A stretch of DNA of 64,000 nt from Amoebophrya sp. A120. Its lineage: Eukaryota; Protista; Dinoflagellata. The stretch is from the NCBI GenBank assembly GCA_905178155.1, contig CAJINV010000001.1, forward strand, positions 14,033,265 through 14,097,264, read 5' to 3'. Positions within the stretch are counted from its first letter, which is position 1. Each line of letters begins with the position of its first letter. This document shows positions 24,400 to 34,159 of the stretch, one piece after another. The notes below the pieces were generated by a model that was not told where the DNA came from, made no database searches, and saw only the letters and a program-made list of their open reading frames with translations. The translations under genes were made by a program, and so were the position numbers.

Positions 24400-25727
24400 T
24401 CAAAACTGCCTGCTGACCTTCATCGCTACATAAGAAACTGAGGAGTCGCAAAAGGACTGCACTTGAGAGGAAGACTGTTCATAGTGCTCAAATTCCACGT
24501 GAAAAGGACTCCGACCTTTTCCGCTGTCTTGTTTCTCCGTAGCCGCGTCGAGGACAAAGAGAAACAAGCTGATTGGGTGTCGCCCGCAAATGGTGTTCTG
24601 CGTTTTTCGTAGGTATCGCACAAACGCGTCCGGCTCTTGGCTGCAAATCAAGTCGATGCCTTCCGAATCCAGCTCGGCGACGTACTGGGAAATTTTGCTC
24701 CAATTTTCCAAGTCCCGCAAACCCAATCTGCCTTGAAAACCGGGGTAATTCTGCGGCGGGCAAGGACAGTAGTCGAAATTCTGGCCCCAGTGACAGAAGT
24801 CCGAAGAAACAACAAAAAAGTTGCTCTTCGAGTTGCTGCTTTTCGGAGTTTCCTCTTCAAGGAAGCATTTCCGTAGCACTTTTCCGAAGTTCGCTTCCTG
24901 CTGCGTGGGAAGGGCGCCGACCATCATGACAGCTATCGGGATGTCTAGCATTCCTGCCTTTTCCAGGCAGTAGCGGATATAGGGGTACTGCATCTCCCCA
25001 GAATGCTCGGCCTCGTCCACGTCTTTTTTCATTACGGTAACGGGGAGACCAGCTGTGTGATAGATAGAAGTGGAATCTACTTACTTACGTATTTTAATCA
25101 CTCAGGAGTACGAGAGCGATACGCCCGAAGATTAGGATGAGCAACACTTTATGAATCTCAGTCTTTCGTAAAACGTCCTCACTACTCGGAGGATGTGAAG
25201 CAAGACCAAGAGCAGCCTTAGATCATCATCTTCGACCACATCAATCATGTACTACCTTCCATCGTCGACTGTTCCACTTTGCGCATGAAGTCGACGTCAC
25301 ACCTTATCGGACCCAGAGTCGTTTGGATTTCTTTCGCCCCCGTAAAGGCAACCGCTGTCAGGTACACATGGTGACTCGGATGCAGAACGACGATGCGCTC
25401 GACCGTGTGGTTCTGCAAAGCGTGCAGCAAGTGCTGGTACGAGTAGGCGGCGGTGGGTCCTGAATAGGAATAGCCCGCGTGCGGTGCGATGATTCCCATA
25501 CACACTGAAGTACTAGAACTACTCGAGGTAGATGCGCCGCCGCGAGCGCTGCTGGAGTTGTGTTCTGAAAAATCTGCCAGGGAAGGTGCAGGCCCTTGTG
25601 AACTACTGGAAGAACTCGCCTCAGTGAGCCAGTAGCCAAGCTGCCCCTGCAGCTGGGTGGGGTCGTTAGTGTACCAACTACCACAGTGGCTGGCGTCGCG
25701 AGTGTAGGAACCTAGTGCAGGAGCCAT
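24400..25727 (-). CDS. MEMO1: MEMO1-family (AmmeMemoRadiSam protein B-like) protein, 2 exons (25256-25727, 24400-25052)
   Basis: Motifs ASHCGSWY, IIAPHAGYSYSG, HPSHH, EHSGEMQ, SSDFCHWG, NTICGRHPI and DSSVSY; GT-AG intron 25053-25255 joins the exons in phase. Confidence 0.93.
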
Positions 25728-26498
25728 TTTGTTTTCTTCTGTGAGCGCTACGATGCATACGCGTAGCGTTCAGCGCGGTGGGGTCTATTTAATGCAGAAC
25801 CACATCGTTGTCACTTCTTACATCTACTTCTACATACCGATAAATTGATGCTGTAAACCGGAGGTTGGGAGTGTAAAGGCACGGTAAATGATATTGATTG
25901 AGTATAGGCTTAGGCTTTCGGTTTTTCTGGAACTAGCACTAACGCACGCCAAAATGAGACGGCCTGCGCGGTATTACGTTATTTCCGCTGTGGTCGCATC
26001 TATTTGCAAGTGAAAATCCGAGAAAAGCGAATCGTAGACGGAGTAGAAAAAAGAACAAGACCAAAACAAAAAGAACGCTCGAGAAGTTGATCTTTGCTTG
26101 AAGAGATGTTGATAAGCGACTTCTGCGAAGTGCAGAAGCCGGGAACATCCGCAGATCCAGAGTTACGCGAACACCCCAGATAGGTTGCGCCATCGCATCA
26201 CCCGAAGAAAAGTCGCACTTGGAGGTGCTGTGCTTCTTGGTGATAATGAAATTCGTTCGGCTGTGTTTCTTATTTTGCCCATCCTGGCAAATTTGGAACC
26301 AACCTTGGTGAGCGGTTCCTCAAACATAAATCCGACATTGAAACTGGCCACGACACGCGGGCCCGAAATCATTAATTGTCGAGAAAAACCGGTTTCGGGT
26401 TTCGGCATCCATATCAAACTCAATAAAAAAAATTCTACACGATTGAGTACGATATTTTTGTACGACGTACGTCGTAGTTGGTGCAAATCCGAATGCCT

Positions 26499-29400
26499 TT
26501 AAGCAGTCTCATTGGGAACAGAAATTCCGTGTGAAGAAAGCAGTGCGGTAACTCGTTCAAAGTCACACTGGAGCAGGTAGACTAGCAATGCACGACGCTG
26601 GCCGAAATCGTAACGCAATCCCGGCTGTAGGACCGAGGACACAAAAGTCGGGTCGTCCTGAAGTACCTCGCGCAAGAAACGGAAAAGCTCCTCGCGAACC
26701 ACGCTCGCTTGCTCTGGCCTCACTTTTTTCACTCGCATCGCAGTCGCGGTAGGGATCCGCAGCAGTCGCTGAAACTCCGCGGATTCCGCTCGACGCCACT
26801 GCGCCTCAGAAAACCTTTCGACATACGCGCGCAGGAGCTTCACTTTTGGATTCGTCGGAGCAGCTGCTGCTCCTGATGGATTTGGCGCAACCTCGTCACC
26901 CATGTCATCTGTCGGTGACAGCATGGCATCGCCGACTTTGTAGAGAAACACGGCGGCCCGCCGACAACGCTCGTGGGCATGCTCGACGCAATTTTGCAGC
27001 CGTCCAACGCTACTGGTAAGCAAGTGCCTCACCTCCCCGGCCAGCTCGGCGGACAATTGCTGTGTGGCGGACTGCCTACCTGCGAAGGCTTTTTCGGACT
27101 CCTGCTCGTGAAAACTTTCGGCTTCCGCCTTCGTCGCGGCGACCTGACCAATCATTCGCTCCACGAGGTCCGCCGCCCGGTAGCTCGCCACGGCTTCGAA
27201 CCCGCACTCTTGCGCAACCAACTTGTGGTGAATCGCGGTAGTCTTGTCGAGAATGCTACTGCTGACAGAGCGGAGGACGATAACAAACTCCTTTGCGGTC
27301 TCCAGCAGTACGTCGGTCAACTGCGTCGCGTGCCGCAAGTGCGTCCCCACAACTACCGACCGCGATACCGCATGCACCAAGGCCGCGAGCTCTGAAAGCT
27401 TCTCTTGGTCAGTGGCTGGAATGGCAGGAGCCGTTTGCTCGCTCTCGTCGGCATTGTTTGCGACGTCTCCATCGTCCGCTTTACTTTTCGCGCCTTCTTC
27501 AGCTTTGGTAGGATCCATAGCCTCTTTGATCGTGGTGTAGGCTTCGTGAAGGCGCTGAAAAGCCTCCTTGGAGCCGCCTTTGTCCGGATGGCACTCCAAG
27601 CAGCGGTTGTGGTACACGGACTTCAACGCCTTCGTGGATTCCGGCACCGCATCGAGGCCGAGGATCCGGAGCGCTTGGTCGAGTTCGAATCCAATCTGCT
27701 CGTCGTCTGGCAGTTCGCTATCGGCAGTTGTGTGCGTTGGGCCAGCTGCGCCTGATCCGCCGCCGGAGCCGTTCCGAGGCGCCGCGTCTTCACCGAATTC
27801 CGACGCGTTTTCGGCAGCCTCGTCTTGCATGACGCCCACCATAGCAGCCATGGTTCTCGCGGCGCGGGAAAGTAGCGCTTCGGCCCAGTCGGAAAGCTCT
27901 GATTGATCTGTGGGTCGGCGCGCCGTCACTCCGGAACTTGTTTCGAACAGGATCTCTTCCGGAAGTGGCGCAATAACATGCGTTGCTCCACCTAAGGCGA
28001 TGCGCAGCAACTCCCAACGAACGCGCAGCTGCTTGCGAAGACAGCTTTCCTTCGGTCCGCGCAGCTGAACCGGCGGCCCAGCAGTGGTTTTCGTTTGTTC
28101 TTCGTCCGACGACGGCCCGCGCGAGGTAGCGCAGAGCTGATCAACAAAAAATTTGTTCAGACTTGCTGTGTAAGAAGCTGACTCTGTTGAGCTGCTGTCC
28201 CCGACAGCAAGACCTGCAGACGCTCGCTGAAGACACTGCTGAAATTCGACGGTCTGCAATAACGCTTGCAGCTCATGTTCGGCCAGATGAATGTTTCCTG
28301 ATCCTGTCGGAGGAGCCACCCCCGTGGGGAACAACGGTTGGCCGACGGCAAGCATCACGGCAGCGGCCGGCCACTTTCCCCCGGCCCATTGCTGCACTGC
28401 CCGACGCTCCGCGACGGACAGACCACAACTGACAAGTTGCGAGCCGTCTGCTTTTGCTAGATGTGAAACAACGCGTTTGCGACTGCTGTCATCTAGTACA
28501 ACTTCTCCCAAGGATTTCTGCAATACCGCGAGCAGACGGTTAGCCGCTTGTTCTAGCATGGTGTCAGTCGAGGACGTTGCTCTCACAGTTGCCGGATCGT
28601 GGTGCCCGTCGAGCAATACTTCGATGTACTGCACGGCCATGCGTAAGTCCGCGATGCAGGTGTCGCCGACGAACACCAATCGCTCCGCTTCGCATTTCCA
28701 CCCGACACTCTCCAACAGTCGGATCAAAAGCTCTTTCGGGTCGGTCTGTCCATGCCTCTCGGCGGATGAGGAGTTAACCCCCGACTTGGTCGTCCCATCC
28801 ACTTGGTGGAACACTGCATCGCAAAGCTTATCCACGTGGATTCTCCGATACTTCGTCACCCCAGGGGCCTGGATCACACGTCGCAACGCCTTCGCCACGG
28901 CGCGTAGTCCCTCTGTCTTCGGAAATGACCGCAGGCAGCGCAGAAACTTGTCTTTCGCTCGCGACGAGGACGCGGAGCTGCTTGACTGTGCCTGCCCTGC
29001 CGAAGCTGTGAAGCCGCGCTGTGTTTGGCGAAAGCTCATGGAGCTGGTTTGCATCTGTTGCGCGGAAGAAGGTTCGGAATCGCCCGAGAATTCTTGTTGT
29101 TGCGAAGGAGAACCAGCAGGAACAGCTGCGCTGGTTTTCGAATCTACGCGTTTGAGTCGCATCTCCTTCACAGCATCGGCCGCTACTTGTCGTCCGCCGA
29201 GCTTCTGGCCTTCAAAGCAGCTCTGAGGCAAGATGTCGAACAAAAGGGCTTCCTCCGCCTGGCTGAGGCAGCTGGCTCCACGAAAAAATAGCCGTCTCTT
29301 GTCTGCTGCAGGGTCCTTCAGCGAGTCTAACGTCGGGTCGTCCTCCGCGACCAACTTCATGGCTTGCTCCAGCGTCACCGGCTCGCGATAGTGCGGCATT

Positions 29401-30299
29401 CGCTTGTCAATTGCGTAAAACGCTGGTTCGGGGAGCTGCTGCTTCCCCGACGCGATGTCGCGTAGTTCCGCTAGGTTTGCACGGTCCTCGTCCGTCAGAC
29501 CATCGTCACCAGATTGAGATGCTGCCGCGGCCGCACTGGCATCTTGCTCGACCGACGAAGCACTGCGACTGGACGAAAGCGCGGCAGTGCGCGGGGACAC
29601 GCGGTGATGCAGTGGCTGGATCTTGGGAAGTGGGGGTCGCATCGGTTGCGATTGTGCTGTGTTGAAAGCTCCTGCAGCTCCAACCCTTTTGGCGCCGGCC
29701 GCGCCGCCAGGTAATGGCGGGATTCCGGGCATTCTACTCGTGACGATGTTTTTGGTTTTGCTCGGGCGACTACTGCTCGTTCCCGAAGCTGTGGACGAAG
29801 GAGCCCTGTCGACATCCGACGACGCAGCGCTGGTGCTGCTCGTCGCTCCACCGCCACCTCCCGATGGAGCAGCGGGCGAGCCGGTAGTGACCCACCCTTT
29901 TGATTCGAAGTCAAAATACGGCGTTGCGTCGTAAGCCTTTTTCTCCGGTGGCGAAGCAGTTCCATCTTCTCTGCCGGCCGAGCTCGTCGTTGGCTTTGCG
30001 TGCACATTCCCAATGAGATCCCGAAACCTTTGCGCGAACGCCCGCTCTTGATCCTTGCCGCCTTGTTGTGATTCTGTATTGACGCCGAAATCTGCAGTTG
30101 CAACAGACGAAACACCATTATGATCAACGCTCGCTCCGCCTCCGTAAATGTCAGGGTATCCCTCGTTCAGAAGAGAACTGATCGCACTTTCATTTTTGGC
30201 CATCAGGCTCTGGCGCTGCTGATCGAGCAGCTTGAGTATGTCCTCGTCATCCTCTTCCTCCCATTTTCCGGAGTAAAGAACTCCTTCTCGATCAACCAT
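26499..30299 (-). CDS. 1266-aa protein with a PUB-like domain and a DnaJ (J) domain
   Basis: Single long ORF. J domain ALRILGL...YHNRCLECHPDKGGSKEAFQRLHEAY (HPD motif). PUB-like segment ALRRVIQAPGVTKYRRI...LLESVGW. Confidence 0.8.
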   Translation of the reverse strand: MVDREGVLYSGKWEEEDDEDILKLLDQQRQSLMAKNESAISSLLNEGYPDIYGGGASVDHNGVSSVATADFGVNTESQQGGKDQERAFAQRFRDLIGNVHAKPTTSSAGREDGTASPPEKKAYDATPYFDFESKGWVTTGSPAAPSGGGGGATSSTSAASSDVDRAPSSTASGTSSSRPSKTKNIVTSRMPGIPPLPGGAAGAKRVGAAGAFNTAQSQPMRPPLPKIQPLHHRVSPRTAALSSSRSASSVEQDASAAAAASQSGDDGLTDEDRANLAELRDIASGKQQLPEPAFYAIDKRMPHYREPVTLEQAMKLVAEDDPTLDSLKDPAADKRRLFFRGASCLSQAEEALLFDILPQSCFEGQKLGGRQVAADAVKEMRLKRVDSKTSAAVPAGSPSQQQEFSGDSEPSSAQQMQTSSMSFRQTQRGFTASAGQAQSSSSASSSRAKDKFLRCLRSFPKTEGLRAVAKALRRVIQAPGVTKYRRIHVDKLCDAVFHQVDGTTKSGVNSSSAERHGQTDPKELLIRLLESVGWKCEAERLVFVGDTCIADLRMAVQYIEVLLDGHHDPATVRATSSTDTMLEQAANRLLAVLQKSLGEVVLDDSSRKRVVSHLAKADGSQLVSCGLSVAERRAVQQWAGGKWPAAAVMLAVGQPLFPTGVAPPTGSGNIHLAEHELQALLQTVEFQQCLQRASAGLAVGDSSSTESASYTASLNKFFVDQLCATSRGPSSDEEQTKTTAGPPVQLRGPKESCLRKQLRVRWELLRIALGGATHVIAPLPEEILFETSSGVTARRPTDQSELSDWAEALLSRAARTMAAMVGVMQDEAAENASEFGEDAAPRNGSGGGSGAAGPTHTTADSELPDDEQIGFELDQALRILGLDAVPESTKALKSVYHNRCLECHPDKGGSKEAFQRLHEAYTTIKEAMDPTKAEEGAKSKADDGDVANNADESEQTAPAIPATDQEKLSELAALVHAVSRSVVVGTHLRHATQLTDVLLETAKEFVIVLRSVSSSILDKTTAIHHKLVAQECGFEAVASYRAADLVERMIGQVAATKAEAESFHEQESEKAFAGRQSATQQLSAELAGEVRHLLTSSVGRLQNCVEHAHERCRRAAVFLYKVGDAMLSPTDDMGDEVAPNPSGAAAAPTNPKVKLLRAYVERFSEAQWRRAESAEFQRLLRIPTATAMRVKKVRPEQASVVREELFRFLREVLQDDPTFVSSVLQPGLRYDFGQRRALLVYLLQCDFERVTALLSSHGISVPNETA

Positions 30300-31120
30300 T
30301 TTTTTTCACAATTGTGAGAATGAGAAAAGTAAGAAAATGCATGCACGAGCACTACATTTTTGGGCACCGGCACTCTATTTCGATTTTGGTCAGCATTTCC
30401 ATGCACGGAGACAGATACCTCATGGCGAAACAATTTTTGCATGTGAAAATGCTGCTGCACGCACCTGCTTGAGGGCCGTGACTTCCAAAGAACGACGTTG
30501 GTGTCAAACTAGCAGGATGTGATCCAAAGAATTTTGTTCGCCCTCACACACAAAGAAACGCCTCGGCCTCACGACTTAAGCAATCTCGTTCGCTAGTAGT
30601 AGCTCGAAACAAAAGCCAGCCTGCTCTCCGTGCTCGTCCTTACTCTATTTGCTTTCCTCTCGAAGCCAAACAAGCAGCTTTATTCAAGGTAGGGCCATAT
30701 TTTGCTCTCGTACCCTCGACCACGCACTCGCGTGCTACCAGAAATAGAGAGCAAAAAACATACAACGTCTGGTTGTAAGGCAACTATGCAAAATTTGCTC
30801 TTTATTGTTTCCAGTTCAGGTGGGAACCCCGACGCCGACCTGCATGTATCGTACGTGCTTCTTGAAGCATCGGAAGTTGAAGTTCTTTGTTGAGTATTCT
30901 CAAAGGGAGAGAAATTGCGGCCGTTTCTTCGAAAAGACAGTGGTATACTATGGGGCTTTTGACGTCTTAGTCTGGGGGGTAGGGGTATTTTTCATTTTCT
31001 GTCGATAGTGGACAGTATCAACGAAGGGTCAAAGCATTCGCAGTGTGGGCCGTATTAACTGCCGGCAGAAATTGACATAGGCTTAACAGATTCGGATTGA
31101 TTCCAGTCAATGTGTTCCTT

Positions 31121-31206
31121 GAAAATAAACAAAATCAGTCGAGCGGTGCAGCTGACGCGAAGCGTTTTCTACAACAGCGCTCGACTTCACTAAAAGCATC
31201 TATTCG
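31121..31206 (-). promoter_or_regulatory. SECIS element (GUGA variant, type II-like) in the 3' UTR of the SelK-like gene
   Basis: Minus strand reads GUGAA-GUCGAGCG...AGAAAA-CGC-UUC-GCG...CGCUCGAC-UGAU: a UGAN/NGAN quartet, a perfect 8-bp stem extending imperfectly, an unpaired A-run followed by a mini-hairpin, and a weak lower stem (GAAUAGAUG/UGUUUAUUU). About 320 nt downstream of the UGA at 31507-31509. Confidence 0.72.
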
Positions 31207-31500
31207 GTTTGTGACTTGACCTTGAGTACCATGCATAGAGATAAATTAATACGAACTCCTCGTTTGGTCTTCTTTTCCGTTTTCTAGCTTCTTGCAGCAG
31301 CTTGCTCCCAACATTGCGATTAAACTTTTACCTTCTGCTCCTTGGGTTCAGCTCCTTCCGAGACCCACCGTAGATGTGGGCGATGAAAAGAAGATGGCGA
31401 TCATGTCGAAATACCAAACAGAGACACATCGTTCGGCAAATCACAAAAAACAATAGCTGTGGCGCCCGTACTATGTCTGACGGACCTGTCACAGCTGAGC

Positions 31501-33546
31501 TTAGCCTCAGCCCCGACGCATGGGTGGTTGAATCCGGTGTATTCTAGGGCCTGGTGGGCCTCCGCCGCCGCCCGGTCCTCCCTTCGGCGTGCCGTTCATG
31601 ACCGCCGATGGTTTCGACGGCGCAAAAACACTCTGCACGAAGAGGAGAAGGAACTTGAAAAAGTACCAAAACCTGTGATGATCGTTTGGATTCACGATGC
31701 TGACGTGTCTAGAATCAAGCTTGTTCATGCACTGTTTGGGGAAACGAAATGCCGGAGCTGGATCAAAAAAAGGCGACCCACGAGTCAGAAGACAAGTGGG
31801 CGGCGTAGTTCCAAATTTGGGGAAACCTCCGCCAAAAACAAAAACTTCGGATATCGCTAATCAAGATTCCCGCCCTGTTTGGGGAAACAAAATGCCAGAG
31901 GTGGATCAAGAAAAGGAGACCCACAAGTCAGAATGCAAGTGGGCGGCGTAGTTCCAAATTTGGGGAAACCTCCGCCAAAAACAAAAACTTCGGATATCGC
32001 TAATCAAGATTCCCGCCCTGTTTGGGGAAACAAAATGCCAGAGGTGGATCAAGAAAAGGAGACCCACAAGTCAGAATGCAAGTGGGCGGCGTAGTTCCAA
32101 ATTTGGGGAAACCTCCGCCAAAAACAAAAACTTCGGATATCGCTAATCAAGATTCCCGCCCTGTTTGGGGAAACAAAATGCCAGAGGTGGATCAAGAAAA
32201 GGAGACCCACAAGTCAGAATGCAAGTGGGCGGCGTAGTTCCAAATTTGGGGAAACCTCCGCCAAAAACAAAAACTTCGGATATCGCTAATCAAGATTCCC
32301 GCCCTGTTTGGGGAAACAAAATGCCAGAGGTGGATCAAGAAAAGGAGACCCACAAGTCAGAATGCAAGTGGGCGGCGTAGTTCCAAATTTGGGGAAACCT
32401 CCGCCAAAAACAAAAACTTCGGATATCGCTAATCAAGATTCCCGCCCTGTTTGGGGAAACAAAATGCCAGAGGTGGATCAAGAAAAGGAGACCCACAAGT
32501 CAGAATGCAAGTGGGCGGCGTAGTTCCAAATTTGGGGAAACCTCCGCCAAAAACAAAAACTTCGGATATCGCTAATCAAGATTCCCGCCCTGTTTGGGGA
32601 AACAAAATGCCAGAGGTGGATCAAGAAAAGGAGACCCACAAGTCAGAATACAAGCGGGCGGCGTAGTTCCAAATTTGGGGAAACCTCCGCCCAAAACAAA
32701 AACTTCGGATATCGGTAATCAAGATTCCCGCCCTGTTTGGGGAAACCAAATGCCAGAGGTGGATCAAGAAAAGGAGACCCAGAAGTCAGAATGCAAGCGG
32801 GCGGCGTAGTTCCAAATTTGGGGAAACCTCCGCCAAAATCAAAAACTTCGGATATCGCTAATCAAGATTCCCGCCCTGTTTGGGGCAACAAAATGCCAGA
32901 GGTGGATCAAGAAAAGGAGATCCACAAGTCAGAATGCAAGTGGGAGGCGTAAATCCAAATTTGACGAGAACTTCGCCAAAAACAAAAACTTCGGAGATTT
33001 CTGCAAAACGCAACATGATAATGGTCGCTACTAGTGCATAGAAGTAGGCTCTATACGGCTCCGTAGCGTGAGAAAGCAAATTAACAAAATGATTTACGCT
33101 GCGGCCGCGTGGTCTAGTGGATTCATCACACCCGAATCGGTTTGTCTGCTGACAGGTGGCGAAGCTTGCGGTCGTGGTCGCCTTATCAACTGCAAAAGTG
33201 TCTGGGTCTGGAAACTTGTAATGCTGCGTTGGGAATAGTGAATGCTCTGTAATGCACAGGCAAGCATGAGAACTATCTGCGCTTCTTTGTGTTGCGTTTT
33301 TCGCATGACAAACTGCGTTTTTGCATGACAGGCAAAAGGGTCTCTTCTTGGACACGCATCACAAACTTTTTGGTCATGCCAGACAAGCATGACAAATTTC
33401 AATTTCTTCAAGACCCAGACATTTTTGCATTTGATACGCCTTGGGATGGATCAGGACCCGCCCTCTTCCTCCACCGGTGGCTGGATCGGTCGCGCAGGCG
33501 GATCACCCTCCTCTGCGACAACTTCGCCATCGACTATTCGTACCAT
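31501..33546 (-). CDS. SELENOK: Selenoprotein K-like (SelK/SelG family) protein, 3 exons (33437-33546, 33098-33178, 31501-31672), ~120 aa, with in-frame UGA at 33451-33453 and 31507-31509
   Basis: Translation MVRIVDGEVVAEEGDPPARPIQPPVEEEGGSUSIPRRPRPQASPPVSRQTDSGVMNPLDHAAAAFWYFFKFLLLFVQSVFAPSKPSAVMNGTPKGGPGGGGGPPGPRIHRIQPPMRRGUG*. SelK hallmarks: MVxIxxGEV start, one Phe-rich hydrophobic segment, G/P-rich basic tail, C-terminal G-U-G-stop (GGC TGA GGC TAA), downstream SECIS. Intron 31673-33097 is GTAAAT...CAG in phase 2. Confidence 0.82.
31732..32997. repeat. 143-bp tandem array, ~9 copies, inside the last intron of the SelK-like gene
   Basis: Unit starting ctgtttggggaaac at 31732, 31875, 32018, 32161, 32304, 32447, 32590, 32733 and 32876. 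Central copies are essentially identical and terminal copies diverged. Confidence 0.97.
33184..33436. mobile_element. 253-bp MITE-like introner in the SelK-like coding region; TSD CGCCT
   Basis: TIR tatcaactgcaaaagtgtctgggtctgga / tcaagacccagacatttttgcatttgata; 5-bp direct repeat at 33179-33183 and 33437-33441. Confidence 0.88.
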
Positions 33547-34159
33547 TTCTGAAGAAAATTCAAATAAATGCGCTAAGCAATCAACAGAGTCACTATTCAC
33601 TCTGCTGCAACTACCACCATTCGGCTTGTTACGAAGAGAACGTCAATACATGTACAACTTTGGTATCCCTCATGGTCATCATCAGAACATGCATCAAACA
33701 AGACGTAAAGTGGAACGGAGATAGAACAGATGTCGCACTTGTTTCGTATAGTCGGGTTTAACTTAGTGCCGGGAATAAAGGGAGAAGCATAGGGGTCATT
33801 GCCACAGAGGTTCGAGTACAGCTTGTAAGAAGGATAGGAGGGTAGAAATGCGAGACGTGGGTCAGTAGTGAACAGGGGCTGGAGTTGCTGGGCGCATGTT
33901 CTGGTATTATGTTTTTGTTTTTTGAGCGATTCGCGGTTCGTCTTTTTTGCTTCGCTCTGCTTTTCTCGATCATGGATTACGTAAAAATGACACTTTACAA
34001 GGTGGCAAAATCAAGTTCTTTGTCGAACACGCCAGTATCTTCTGTCTCGGTAGAGGTGAGTTACAGACTCGGTGGGATCTCTCACGTAGTCAGTCGTGGT
34101 CTGCGCCATCGTGATTATGATTTCAGGATTTCCACCTTAGCCTTACTTGTTTGTTATTG

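Noticed and set aside
31732-32997. CRISPR-like array, or repeated 71-aa ORFs
   Set aside because: Whole 143-bp units repeat with no unique spacers and no cas genes. The ORFs are by-products of a unit length not divisible by three, inside an intron.
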